This document shows positions 1 to 7,784 of a stretch of 32,000 bases of DNA, piece after piece (position 1 is the first letter of the stretch; each line of letters begins with the position of its first letter). Where the stretch lies: positions 266,379-298,378 of the forward strand of contig JAPLKZ010000010.1 of the NCBI GenBank assembly GCA_026387835.1, read 5' to 3'. The stretch comes from Candidatus Saganbacteria bacterium (lineage in GTDB: Bacteria > Margulisbacteria > WOR-1 > JAKLHX01). Position numbers and translations under genes: made by a program. The notes under the pieces are model-generated. The model was not told the DNA's origin and searched no databases. It saw only the letters and a list, made by a program, of their open reading frames with translations.

Positions 1-816
1 ATTTGCGGCCATCTGGACCTTTGTCTTTCCGGAGATCTGCGCATCGTTAGGCGGAACTGAAGACCCCGCGGTGCCGATTAAAAACGTCTTGATCTGGTCG
101 GCTGTGGCACCCGAAATGAGAGGGAGCGTGTTGAACAAAACAACAGACCCGTTGCTTTTATATCCCCACTGCTTTTCGGGGGTCCCGTTCGGATCATCGG
201 ACCATGAAAACCATCTCATTGTCGAGAGTCTGGGATCAAGCACTGTTCCCGTGGCCGCCCCTGCCGTTCCCGTAAGAACATCATTGTCGGCATAAGCATA
301 TACCGTCCACTGGTAATTGGCCAGATCCCAGTAAGGGGCCTGTATCGTCAATCCTGTCTCGTAGAACATATTGACATCTGTTCCTGTAAGATAAGTCGAC
401 GGTTTTGACGCTTCAGGGGATCCCGCGCCATCAGCCGGGTTTATGGCATCGCCCTTTACCCAGACCGAGGGGAACGGCGATGAAGCGGTCAGCGGAAATA
501 ATTTGTATGTTCCCGCATGATTAAGTATCGCCGAGGTCTTTCCCACTATACTTGTTTTTACCACCGATGTCGTACCGTTCAGGGTATTACCAAAAACTGT
601 ATTGGCTTGGTCCGCAAGCTGAAGATTGGAAATTGTAAGGTTGAACATAGCCGGCGCAACGGCAAAAGCCTGGAAACTCCACGCGCCGTTCGTGTATCCT
701 TCGGTCAACGCGGGGTAGTCTACCGGGATCCCTCCTGATCCCGCCGCCATGGCGGGAACAATGAATACCGCTGACATGACCGCCGCGCACACTATCGAAC
801 AAAACACTTTCTTCAT
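1..816 (-). CDS. Secreted/exported protein of unknown function, C-terminus beyond the window edge
   Basis: Open reading frame from ATG at 816 to window position 1 with no stop (272 codons), absent from the ORF track because it is open at the edge. AAGGAGG lies just upstream. N-terminus MKKVFCSIVCAAVMSAVFIVPAMAAG is a classic signal peptide. Confidence 0.85.
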   Translation of the reverse strand, partial: MKKVFCSIVCAAVMSAVFIVPAMAAGSGGIPVDYPALTEGYTNGAWSFQAFAVAPAMFNLTISNLQLADQANTVFGNTLNGTTSVVKTSIVGKTSAILNHAGTYKLFPLTASSPFPSVWVKGDAINPADGAGSPEASKPSTYLTGTDVNMFYETGLTIQAPYWDLANYQWTVYAYADNDVLTGTAGAATGTVLDPRLSTMRWFSWSDDPNGTPEKQWGYKSNGSVVLFNTLPLISGATADQIKTFLIGTAGSSVPPNDAQISGKTKVQMAAN

Positions 817-916
817 AATTTTTCCTCCTTTCTTAATAGAAGTGATCAAAGACATCGCACACATTAAAAATCACCTGCCTTTCCTTGCAGAATAGTCTTG
901 TTTTCCCTTCAATAAT

Positions 917-947
917 ATATCGTCAAATATTATTGTGAATTTCACTC
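917..947 (-). promoter_or_regulatory. Putative sigma-28-type promoter P1: GAGTGAAA-N15-GACGATAT
   Basis: Minus-strand match to TAAA-N15-GCCGATAW; same 15-nt spacing as five other sites in the window; upstream of the 816 start. Confidence 0.6.
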
Positions 948-978
948 TTTTTTGTGTTACACAACAATTTCATAAATA

Positions 979-1006
979 TTGCAATCGATGATTAAAATGT
1001 TATAAT
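979..1006 (+). promoter_or_regulatory. sigma-70-type promoter TTGCAA-N16-TATAAT with extended TG
   Basis: TTGCAA at 979-984 and TATAAT at 1001-1006, about 28 nt upstream of the 1035 start. Confidence 0.6.
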
Positions 1007-1034
1007 ATCCTTATTATATTCCGAGGTGGAACGT

Positions 1035-1298
1035 ATGAACGATGCACATAACACAAATGAAGATCCGAACACAAAACTGGTGGAAAGCATAAAAAAATTC
1101 GCCGCTTCATACCGGGTTTTGACGCCCCAGGGAAAGACCGCCTTCCAGAACCAGATAAACATCCAGATGAAAACGATGGACGAGCGCACAAGAAAACTTT
1201 ATCAGGCTCTTATCGATTCCACAAAGAACGACCTGAACGTGGATAAGACCGTACAAGAGATGGAGAGGGCCGATAAAAGGTATAAGTCCGGCATGTAG
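1035..1298 (+). CDS. Small hypothetical protein (charged, helical)
   Basis: ORF with GAGGTGG Shine-Dalgarno 5 nt before ATG 1035; the track start at 1026 is a GTG overlapping the SD. Confidence 0.65.
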   Translation: MNDAHNTNEDPNTKLVESIKKFAASYRVLTPQGKTAFQNQINIQMKTMDERTRKLYQALIDSTKNDLNVDKTVQEMERADKRYKSGM

Positions 1299-1327
1299 AT
1301 CCTTTCTTCCCGGAGCGACCAGCAAAA

Positions 1328-1696
1328 TTGAAAAACATTCTTATCGTTGAGGACGTAGAAGACCACTTAGAGATAGTAAAGATCATTCTCGAGCAGTACA
1401 ACTATAACATCCTTACTGCCGCAAACGGCAGATCGGGGCTTGAAACGGTCCAAAAAAAACTTCCCGACCTTATTATCCTGGACGTGATGCTGCCCGAAAT
1501 GAACGGATATGAGGTCTGCAAGGCTATCAGGGCGGACCAGCACACAAGGGTTATCCCTGTGATAATGCTGTCCGTCAAGTCAAATCCCGAAGACATCGAG
1601 GCGGGCTACAAGGCCGGGGCCAACGAATATATCACCAAACCTTTCAATCTTGAAGAACTCGTTAAAAAAGTAAAAAAACATCTAGGGGAGGAATAA
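1328..1696 (+). CDS. CheY-like response regulator, stand-alone receiver domain
   Basis: ILIVEDVEDHLEIV..., phosphoacceptor context LIILDVMLPEMNGYEVCK, ...VIMLSVK...GANEYITKPF. TTG start. Confidence 0.9.
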   Translation: MKNILIVEDVEDHLEIVKIILEQYNYNILTAANGRSGLETVQKKLPDLIILDVMLPEMNGYEVCKAIRADQHTRVIPVIMLSVKSNPEDIEAGYKAGANEYITKPFNLEELVKKVKKHLGEE

Positions 1697-1702
1697 TTAC
1701 AA

Positions 1703-2758
1703 ATGATCAAAGAAGGTAAAAACTGCCTGCTTGTCCAAACTACCGGGATAAAGCCTTTCAAGAGATGCACGTACTGCGAACGCAGGGTGACAGATTGTTT
1801 TGGTATACAGTTTTTTATCGTCGCTTTCGGCATAATAGGGTTGTTGCTCGTAATGTTCACTATTAGGGACCTACCTATACTGGCCATCGACATCACCGTA
1901 TTGATATTGATGATGCTTATCCTGCTGGGTATAATCGCCAGCCGCGAGACGAACGAGATCGTAGTCAATAACTTCCTCCTCAAGGAATTAAACGAAGAGC
2001 TTGAGGCCAGGGTCGCTCAAAGGACTAAAGAGCTCCGGTTCCTGAACCTTGACCTGAAAAAAGCCCTTCGCATAAAGTCCGAATTCCTTAGGAATATAAA
2101 CCACGAGATCAGGACACCTCTTACGGCAATGCTCGGTTACTGCGATATAATAGAACGAAAGCAGCTCGGAGAATTGAACGAAAGGCAGATAAAAGCGGTC
2201 GACGCTTTAAAAAGGAACGGCCAGGACCTTTTGGGCCTTATCAATCAGCTTCTGGACCTTTCAAAACTGGAGGACAACAAGCTGGGGTTAAATGAAGAAT
2301 GGTTCAACATTGCAAAGGTTATCAGCGATGTCACGGTCAATATCGAACCCCTTGCGTCCAAAAAAGACATAAATATTTCCACCAAGATAGATGAAAACGT
2401 TATAACAGTGTTTGGCGACCCCGACCGGATAAAACAGATACTGTTAAATCTGCTTTCGAACAGTATTAAGTTCACCGACAATGGCGGGAAAGTGACCGTT
2501 GAAACAAAAGATGACAAAGACGAGGTCATTGTATCGGTAAGCGATACCGGCGTCGGCATCAAGAGTGGTGACCTGCAAAGTATTTTTGAGCCCTTTTCCC
2601 AGGTCGACGGGTCGCAGACAAGAAAATACGGTGGCGCAGGGATAGGCCTTTCCATCGTGAAAAGCCTTGTTGAAGCGCATGGCGGAAGCGTTACCGTCGA
2701 AAGCGAGTTTGGAAAAGGCAGCGTCTTTTCGTTCACGATCCCAAAAAGAACGGTGTAA
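1703..2758 (+). CDS. Membrane-anchored sensor histidine kinase
   Basis: Two N-terminal hydrophobic segments, H-box [17 protein letters not shown]-box [13 protein letters not shown]-boxes VSDTGVGI and [19 protein letters not shown] upstream of the start. Confidence 0.93.
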   Translation: MIKEGKNCLLVQTTGIKPFKRCTYCERRVTDCFGIQFFIVAFGIIGLLLVMFTIRDLPILAIDITVLILMMLILLGIIASRETNEIVVNNFLLKELNEELEARVAQRTKELRFLNLDLKKALRIKSEFLRNINHEIRTPLTAMLGYCDIIERKQLGELNERQIKAVDALKRNGQDLLGLINQLLDLSKLEDNKLGLNEEWFNIAKVISDVTVNIEPLASKKDINISTKIDENVITVFGDPDRIKQILLNLLSNSIKFTDNGGKVTVETKDDKDEVIVSVSDTGVGIKSGDLQSIFEPFSQVDGSQTRKYGGAGIGLSIVKSLVEAHGGSVTVESEFGKGSVFSFTIPKRTV

Positions 2759-2762
2759 ATAG

Positions 2763-3971
2763 TTGAGACCCAAGTATTTTTGGATCCTTTTTATATATAT
2801 CTTCCTTATAGCTGTCAGCCTTTCCGGCGTATTTATATGCAATTTTAGTAAGGTCTCAATAACCATACTTGCCCTTGTCAGTTTCAGTTCGGTGATCGCG
2901 GCTGCTCTCCTTATCAGCTGGGGGGCCGAATGCTATCAGTTCGTGGTCTCTCAGGGATTTGCGATCGCGATTATCGCCCTCCTTCAGGTCATCCCGGAGT
3001 TCTTTGTCGAGGGTGTGATCGCGTGGGAAAAGGACGTGCCTCTTATGTTAGCCAACTTTACCGGCTCAAACCGGCTTCTCATGGGAGTGGGATGGTCCGG
3101 TATCTTTTTCATCGCTTCAGTAATGAACTTTGTTAAAAAAAAGAAATTCCTTAAGGAGATCGTGATACGCGAAGCTCACAGCATTGAGGTCGCCGCTCTT
3201 TTAATAAGCAGCTTCTATTTTTGCGTCGTGCTTACAAAAGGCACGCTGACCATAATAGATTCTATTGTGCTTCTTTCGATATTTGCCTGGTATATGAGGC
3301 TTTTGTTCAGGCTCGAGCCAGAGGAAAAAGAAAGGATCGATGACCTTATCGAACCTTGCAAGGTCATCGTAAAAATACAAAATGTTTTCGTAAAAAAGGC
3401 GGTGATACTGTTGCTGTTCGCCGTCGGGGGTGGAACATTTCTATTTATCGCGCAGCCTTTTCTTCACAGCCTGAGGGGTCTTGCCGGCGTTCTCGGCATA
3501 TCGACCTTTCTTTTTGTCCAGTGGGTCGCTCCGTTCCTTTCGGAATTCCCCGAAAAGGTAACCGCCTTTTACTGGGCGGCTCACATAAAACTGGCCCCGA
3601 TGGGTTTGGTTAACTTCATCTCATCAAAAGTGAACCAGTGGACGCTCCTGATAGCTATGGTGCCTGTGGTATATTCGGTTTCCTGCGGGAAGATAATGAC
3701 AGTCCCCCTTGATGATTACCATAAATGGCAGATTGCGCTTTCAATGGCAATGACTTTTTACGGGTGTTCTACACTGGCAAAATTCAGGTTTACTTTTATC
3801 GACGCTTGCTTTATGTTCTCGCTGTGGCTTACCCAGTTCGTTTTTCCGCGGACATTGGCACCGACAACGTTTATATTTTTAGGGCTGACAATAATAAATA
3901 TCTGTATTTACAGGAAAGAGAACAGGCTCTTTAAAAGCTTCGTAAAAACTCTAAAGAGCTTGAAGAATTAA
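2763..3971 (+). CDS. Polytopic membrane protein resembling the sodium/calcium (CaCA) exchanger superfamily, divergent
   Basis: About 11 hydrophobic segments with two alpha-repeat-like motifs: VIPEFFVEGVIAW...LANFTGSNRLLMGVGW and APFLSEFPEKVTAFYWA...LVNFISSKVNQWTLL. TTG start. Confidence 0.65.
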   Translation: MRPKYFWILFIYIFLIAVSLSGVFICNFSKVSITILALVSFSSVIAAALLISWGAECYQFVVSQGFAIAIIALLQVIPEFFVEGVIAWEKDVPLMLANFTGSNRLLMGVGWSGIFFIASVMNFVKKKKFLKEIVIREAHSIEVAALLISSFYFCVVLTKGTLTIIDSIVLLSIFAWYMRLLFRLEPEEKERIDDLIEPCKVIVKIQNVFVKKAVILLLFAVGGGTFLFIAQPFLHSLRGLAGVLGISTFLFVQWVAPFLSEFPEKVTAFYWAAHIKLAPMGLVNFISSKVNQWTLLIAMVPVVYSVSCGKIMTVPLDDYHKWQIALSMAMTFYGCSTLAKFRFTFIDACFMFSLWLTQFVFPRTLAPTTFIFLGLTIINICIYRKENRLFKSFVKTLKSLKN

Positions 3972-3982
3972 TACGGCCCTAA

Positions 3983-5197
3983 CTATCCGTTGTTAATCAT
4001 ATAAAACAATGATCCCCACAGATTTGTCTCTTGAGAAGGAAATGCACCTGTAACATACTTTGGCGCTTTACCCCAGGACGGTCTTTCGATCGCATCTGCA
4101 CTGAAACGTGTCATATCTCTTGTGAGATATGCACCTTTACTTACGCCCACGCCACCGATCAATGCAAATGTTATCGGCGATGCATGATCATCATATCCTC
4201 TTTGTAAAGCTTCAAGTCTAAAGGCCAGCAGATATGCTATCCTTGTCAGGACCTCTTTGCATATCGGCTCATTCCCTAAAGTTTTTCCCATTACAGCGTC
4301 CACATCATGATAGTTCAAGTGATCACTGGCCGATTTTATAATTTGGCCAGTATCTGTTTTGCTGATATTCATTCCGAGCCTTTGCATTACTTGTTTGATC
4401 AATACGTTCGACCTTAGTTCCGTTTCTGTCATTGCGGGATTTACAATATTGAATATCTGGTCTTTTGTGCGTGCTGAAGCAGCCACTATCCTGATATTGG
4501 ATATCACGCCGCTGATTATCTTGTATATCGAAGGACCCTTTGCCAGTGTTTCAAAACAGACATCACCGTGCTGCCCGGTTATCCCGCAGCCGCAAGGGTC
4601 GAATGGTGCATAATACCTGAGCAATCCAAGGCCGTCGATCATTCTGTCGTGGATCAAAAAATGGCCGGGTTCAAATGCGCCGGGGACCTGCTCGATGCCT
4701 GAAGCGGTTTTCCTGTAAAGCCGTCCTCCGATACCATGCCCGATAATAAGGGCCAGTCCAAGATCGCCTGTCTTTAGATCTTTTAAAGCGCCCTGAGGAC
4801 TGAACTCAGCCCACGCCCCTGCTTCGCCGTCATTTATTAAGATTACATCGACATCTTTACCTGCTTGGGATTTAAAAGCCGTTTTTAGTTCGGCACTGTA
4901 AGGAATGTCTCTTTTTTCGATACCTCCCTGGTTTGTCAGTTTTCTGATAATGCCCGCACCGGTATCCACAGGCCCTGCGATCGAGATCGCTATCCTGTGC
5001 TGATCATCCGGTATATCTCTTAATTGAGACAAAGAAAATCCTATTAGATCCCTTTTGCCGGAAAATTTTAGCTCTATAGCCTCCGGCTTTCCTATCATTG
5101 TCGCCCTCTTGCCGGCTTCTATCTGAAACAATGCTCTCCGGAAAGTCCCTCCACCGATATCGGCAACCATCAGCCTCCTGCATGCAGATGTATTCAT
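3983..5197 (-). CDS. ROK-family / glucokinase-like sugar kinase
   Basis: N-terminal phosphate-1 motif MVADIGGGTFRRALFQI, SIAGPVDTG, GHGIGGRL, Cys-rich CGCGITGQHGDVCFE reminiscent of the ROK zinc motif. AGGAGG upstream. Confidence 0.7.
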   Translation of the reverse strand: MNTSACRRLMVADIGGGTFRRALFQIEAGKRATMIGKPEAIELKFSGKRDLIGFSLSQLRDIPDDQHRIAISIAGPVDTGAGIIRKLTNQGGIEKRDIPYSAELKTAFKSQAGKDVDVILINDGEAGAWAEFSPQGALKDLKTGDLGLALIIGHGIGGRLYRKTASGIEQVPGAFEPGHFLIHDRMIDGLGLLRYYAPFDPCGCGITGQHGDVCFETLAKGPSIYKIISGVISNIRIVAASARTKDQIFNIVNPAMTETELRSNVLIKQVMQRLGMNISKTDTGQIIKSASDHLNYHDVDAVMGKTLGNEPICKEVLTRIAYLLAFRLEALQRGYDDHASPITFALIGGVGVSKGAYLTRDMTRFSADAIERPSWGKAPKYVTGAFPSQETNLWGSLFYMINNG

Positions 5198-5262
5198 GAA
5201 CTAATTACCTCCTGATATTATTTTAATTGTCTTTACAGGTCGTGAAATTTGGCCTCAAATCT

Positions 5263-5293
5263 ATTTCGTGTATATTTTAATGAAATTTCAGTG
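5263..5293 (-). promoter_or_regulatory. Putative sigma-28-type promoter P2: CACTGAAA-N15-CACGAAAT
   Basis: Same TGAAA-N15 spacing as the other sites; -10 core degenerate (CGAAAT); 66 nt upstream of the ROK kinase start. Confidence 0.4.
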
Positions 5294-5333
5294 AATTTTT
5301 GAAAATAAGGAAAGACAAGGCGCATGGTCGAAG

Positions 5334-6218
5334 TTAAGGTGCGGTAAATCTCTCGGCAATCCTCTCGAGGTCTTCTTTGGAAAAATAATCTACCTCGATC
5401 TTTCCTTTGTTCTCGTCCCCGCGAAGGCTTATTTTTGTGCCGAGGCTTTCGGTCATTTTTTCGACGACATCCGCAAGGAACGGGTTCAAGGCTGATCTTT
5501 TTGAGGTTTTTGTTTTTCCTTTTGATCTTTCCTTCTTGACGCCAAGTATCGCTTCGACATCCCTGACGGAAAGGTTCGCTTTTAATATCTGCTCCCACGC
5601 TTTGATCTGTTTTTCGCGTCCCTGGATCGTCAAAAGAGGCCTCGCGTGGCCCGCCGTTATCTGCCCGGACGCTATGCTGTCCCTTATTTCTTTTGGCAGG
5701 TCAAGAAGTCTCATAGTGTTCGTCACGGTAGACCTGTCCCTGCTTACTTTTTTTGCGATCTGGTCATGCGTAAGCTTGAACTCCAGCGAAAGAGCTTTAT
5801 AGGCCAAAGCTTCTTCCATCGGGTTCAGGTCCTCCCTTTGTAGGTTTTCAACTATAGCTATTTCGAGAGATTGTTCGTCGGTGAAATCTTTGATGATGGC
5901 GGGGATCGTCGTGATACCGGCCTTTTTTGTGGCTCGCAGTCTTCTCTCTCCCGCCACAAGCTCGAACATGTCACCGTTTTTTCTTAAAAGTACCGGGGAT
6001 GTCACGCCCTGCTCCTTGATGGAGGAAGCAAGCTCGTTCAATTTTGCATGGTCAAAAGACTTCCTGGGCTGCCGCGGATTAGGGATTATTTTTGATATGT
6101 CTACCTGAAGGACCGCGCGTCCCGATGTGAACGGGAGGGCCGCTTTTTCGGTCTCTCCGCCTGAAGGGATGAGTGCGCTTAGGCCCCTGCCAAGGCCGCG
6201 CTTTGCGTTTGTTGACAT
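5334..6218 (-). CDS. parB: Chromosome partitioning protein ParB/Spo0J
   Basis: KRGLGRGLSALIP N-terminus, IIPNPRQPRKSF, VAGERRLRATKKAG, HTH LTHDQIAKKVSRDRSTVTNTMRLLDLP. Confidence 0.97.
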   Translation of the reverse strand: MSTNAKRGLGRGLSALIPSGGETEKAALPFTSGRAVLQVDISKIIPNPRQPRKSFDHAKLNELASSIKEQGVTSPVLLRKNGDMFELVAGERRLRATKKAGITTIPAIIKDFTDEQSLEIAIVENLQREDLNPMEEALAYKALSLEFKLTHDQIAKKVSRDRSTVTNTMRLLDLPKEIRDSIASGQITAGHARPLLTIQGREKQIKAWEQILKANLSVRDVEAILGVKKERSKGKTKTSKRSALNPFLADVVEKMTESLGTKISLRGDENKGKIEVDYFSKEDLERIAERFTAP

Positions 6219-7057
6219 TGCTGACCGCTTATCCTTTCTCTGCCCGGTATATCGTTTATTTCTTCATCCGGAACTTGCTCTTTTCCGAAAAGAGCTTTTT
6301 CTCTTTCAAGAAGTTCTTTCGTGAAATGCTCGTAAGCGACCGCGCCCGTCGAAGTCGGGTCATAGAACAATATCGGCATCCCGTGCGACGGCGCTTCGCT
6401 CAAACGGACATTCCTCGGGATAGGGGTATCAAAGACAAGGTCCGGAAAATGGTCTTTGACCTCTTCTCTCACTTCATTGTTCAGTATCAGCCTAGAGTCG
6501 TACATTGTCAGGACTATACCGCCTATTTTAAGCCCCGGATGGAGATTAACCCTTATCAGCTCTATAGTCTTTAATAGCTGCGACAGGCCTTCGAGCGCAA
6601 GATATTCGCATTGTATGGGGATTATCACTTCGTCAGTCGCGGCCAGGGCATTTACCGTCAAGAGTGAAAGGGAGGGTGGAGTGTCTATTATGATGTAATC
6701 GAATTTGTCACTGACATCTTTAAGCGCTTCCTTCAATTTAAACTCGCGGGCCATCATTCCTACAAGTTCTATCTCTGCTCCCGCGAGGTCTGTGGTCGCC
6801 GGTATGACGGACAGATTGTTCGTTTTTGTCTCTTTGATAGCTTTTTCGGCCTCGAGTCCGTCCGTCAGGATATCATAGATCGAAAAATCTACCGCATCCC
6901 TTGCCAGCCCGACAGCTGACGTCGCGTTACCCTGGGGATCCATGTCTATAAGAAGGACCTTCTTGCCGGAAACCGACAAAAACGCACAAAGGTTGATAGC
7001 GGTCGTGGTCTTTCCCACTCCGCCTTTTTGGTTGCATATGGATATTATTTTCCCCAT
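6179..7057 (-). CDS. parA: Chromosome partitioning ATPase ParA/Soj
   Basis: IISICNQKGGVGKTTTAINL, deviant Walker A; VLLIDMDPQGNAT; YIIIDTPPSLSLLTVNAL. Confidence 0.97.
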   Translation of the reverse strand: MGKIISICNQKGGVGKTTTAINLCAFLSVSGKKVLLIDMDPQGNATSAVGLARDAVDFSIYDILTDGLEAEKAIKETKTNNLSVIPATTDLAGAEIELVGMMAREFKLKEALKDVSDKFDYIIIDTPPSLSLLTVNALAATDEVIIPIQCEYLALEGLSQLLKTIELIRVNLHPGLKIGGIVLTMYDSRLILNNEVREEVKDHFPDLVFDTPIPRNVRLSEAPSHGMPILFYDPTSTGAVAYEHFTKELLEREKALFGKEQVPDEEINDIPGRERISGQQCQQTQSAALAGA

Positions 7058-7091
7058 TTATAGGGTTAGTATAACATAAAAAAAATTAGCA

Positions 7092-7760
7092 TTATAGAGG
7101 CCGTTTTTTGCAAATTCCTGGTTTTCTCGGGTATTTTTCGGGCGTTAGTTTCTCTTTTTTTATGACTACGATCTGATGCAGATACTTTTTACGGTTCTTT
7201 TCATCGTCCAATTCTACCTGTATCGTCCTTTCAAGCTTTCCTCCCATGATCTTCAAAGCTTTTTCCGCGTTCTTTATTTCCGTTTCGATGTCTTTCCCTT
7301 TCATCGCTATAAAGATTCCGCCCGTTTTTACAAAAGGTAGGCAGAGTTCTGATGCGATGTTCAAAGGCGCAAGGGCCCTGCATACGGCCACGTCATATTG
7401 TTCTCTTCTTTTTTTTGCATAATCTTCGGCCCGTTCCCAGATGATGTCTATATCCTTAAACCCGAGGATATCGGCAATATGAGATAGGAATCCCGTCTTC
7501 TTTTTTATACAATCGAGTAAAGTCAATTTTATGTCCGGAAAAAGCACCTTCAAGACCAGCCCCGGAAATCCCGCTCCGGTCCCGATGTCGATTACTTCCG
7601 GATGTCCTGTTGAAAAATCGAAGGCTTCTTTTAGCGTTTCGCAGTCTTTGAAATGCTTGAGGATTATATCATCTTCATCGGTTATGGAAGTTAGGTTGAA
7701 CTTTTTGTTCCAATTAATTAGCTCTTTTGAATAGATTTTAAATCGGGCTTCTTTGTCCAC
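7092..7760 (-). CDS. rsmG: 16S rRNA (guanine-N7)-methyltransferase RsmG/GidB
   Basis: LINWNKKFNLTSITD, HFKDCE, VIDIGTGAGFPGLVLKVLFPD, CRALAPLNIASELCLPFVKTGG; position next to parAB. GTG start. Confidence 0.95.
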   Translation of the reverse strand: MDKEARFKIYSKELINWNKKFNLTSITDEDDIILKHFKDCETLKEAFDFSTGHPEVIDIGTGAGFPGLVLKVLFPDIKLTLLDCIKKKTGFLSHIADILGFKDIDIIWERAEDYAKKRREQYDVAVCRALAPLNIASELCLPFVKTGGIFIAMKGKDIETEIKNAEKALKIMGGKLERTIQVELDDEKNRKKYLHQIVVIKKEKLTPEKYPRKPGICKKRPL

Positions 7761-7784
7761 GTGTTATAAGTTATCGGCTAAGAG

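Noticed and set aside
5233-5598. 121-aa minus-strand ORF overlapping the parB 3' end and the P2 region
   Set aside because: Out of frame with a clear parB, Arg/Lys-rich shadow translation, and contains the intergenic promoter region.
6179-6218. 40-bp parA/parB overlap as a possible frameshift or fusion
   Set aside because: ParB has a canonical KRGLGRGLSALIP start and ParA has an intact core; gene overlap of this size is unremarkable here.
5334-7057. parS sites near parAB
   Set aside because: No close match to TGTTTCACGTGAAACA found by eye; the CACGTG near 7758 lacks the flanking arms.
7092-7760. Adding rsmG to the leaderless set on the basis of TATAAC 2 nt before the GTG
   Set aside because: The box is too close to the start for normal initiation, and an overlapping weaker box makes the call ambiguous.
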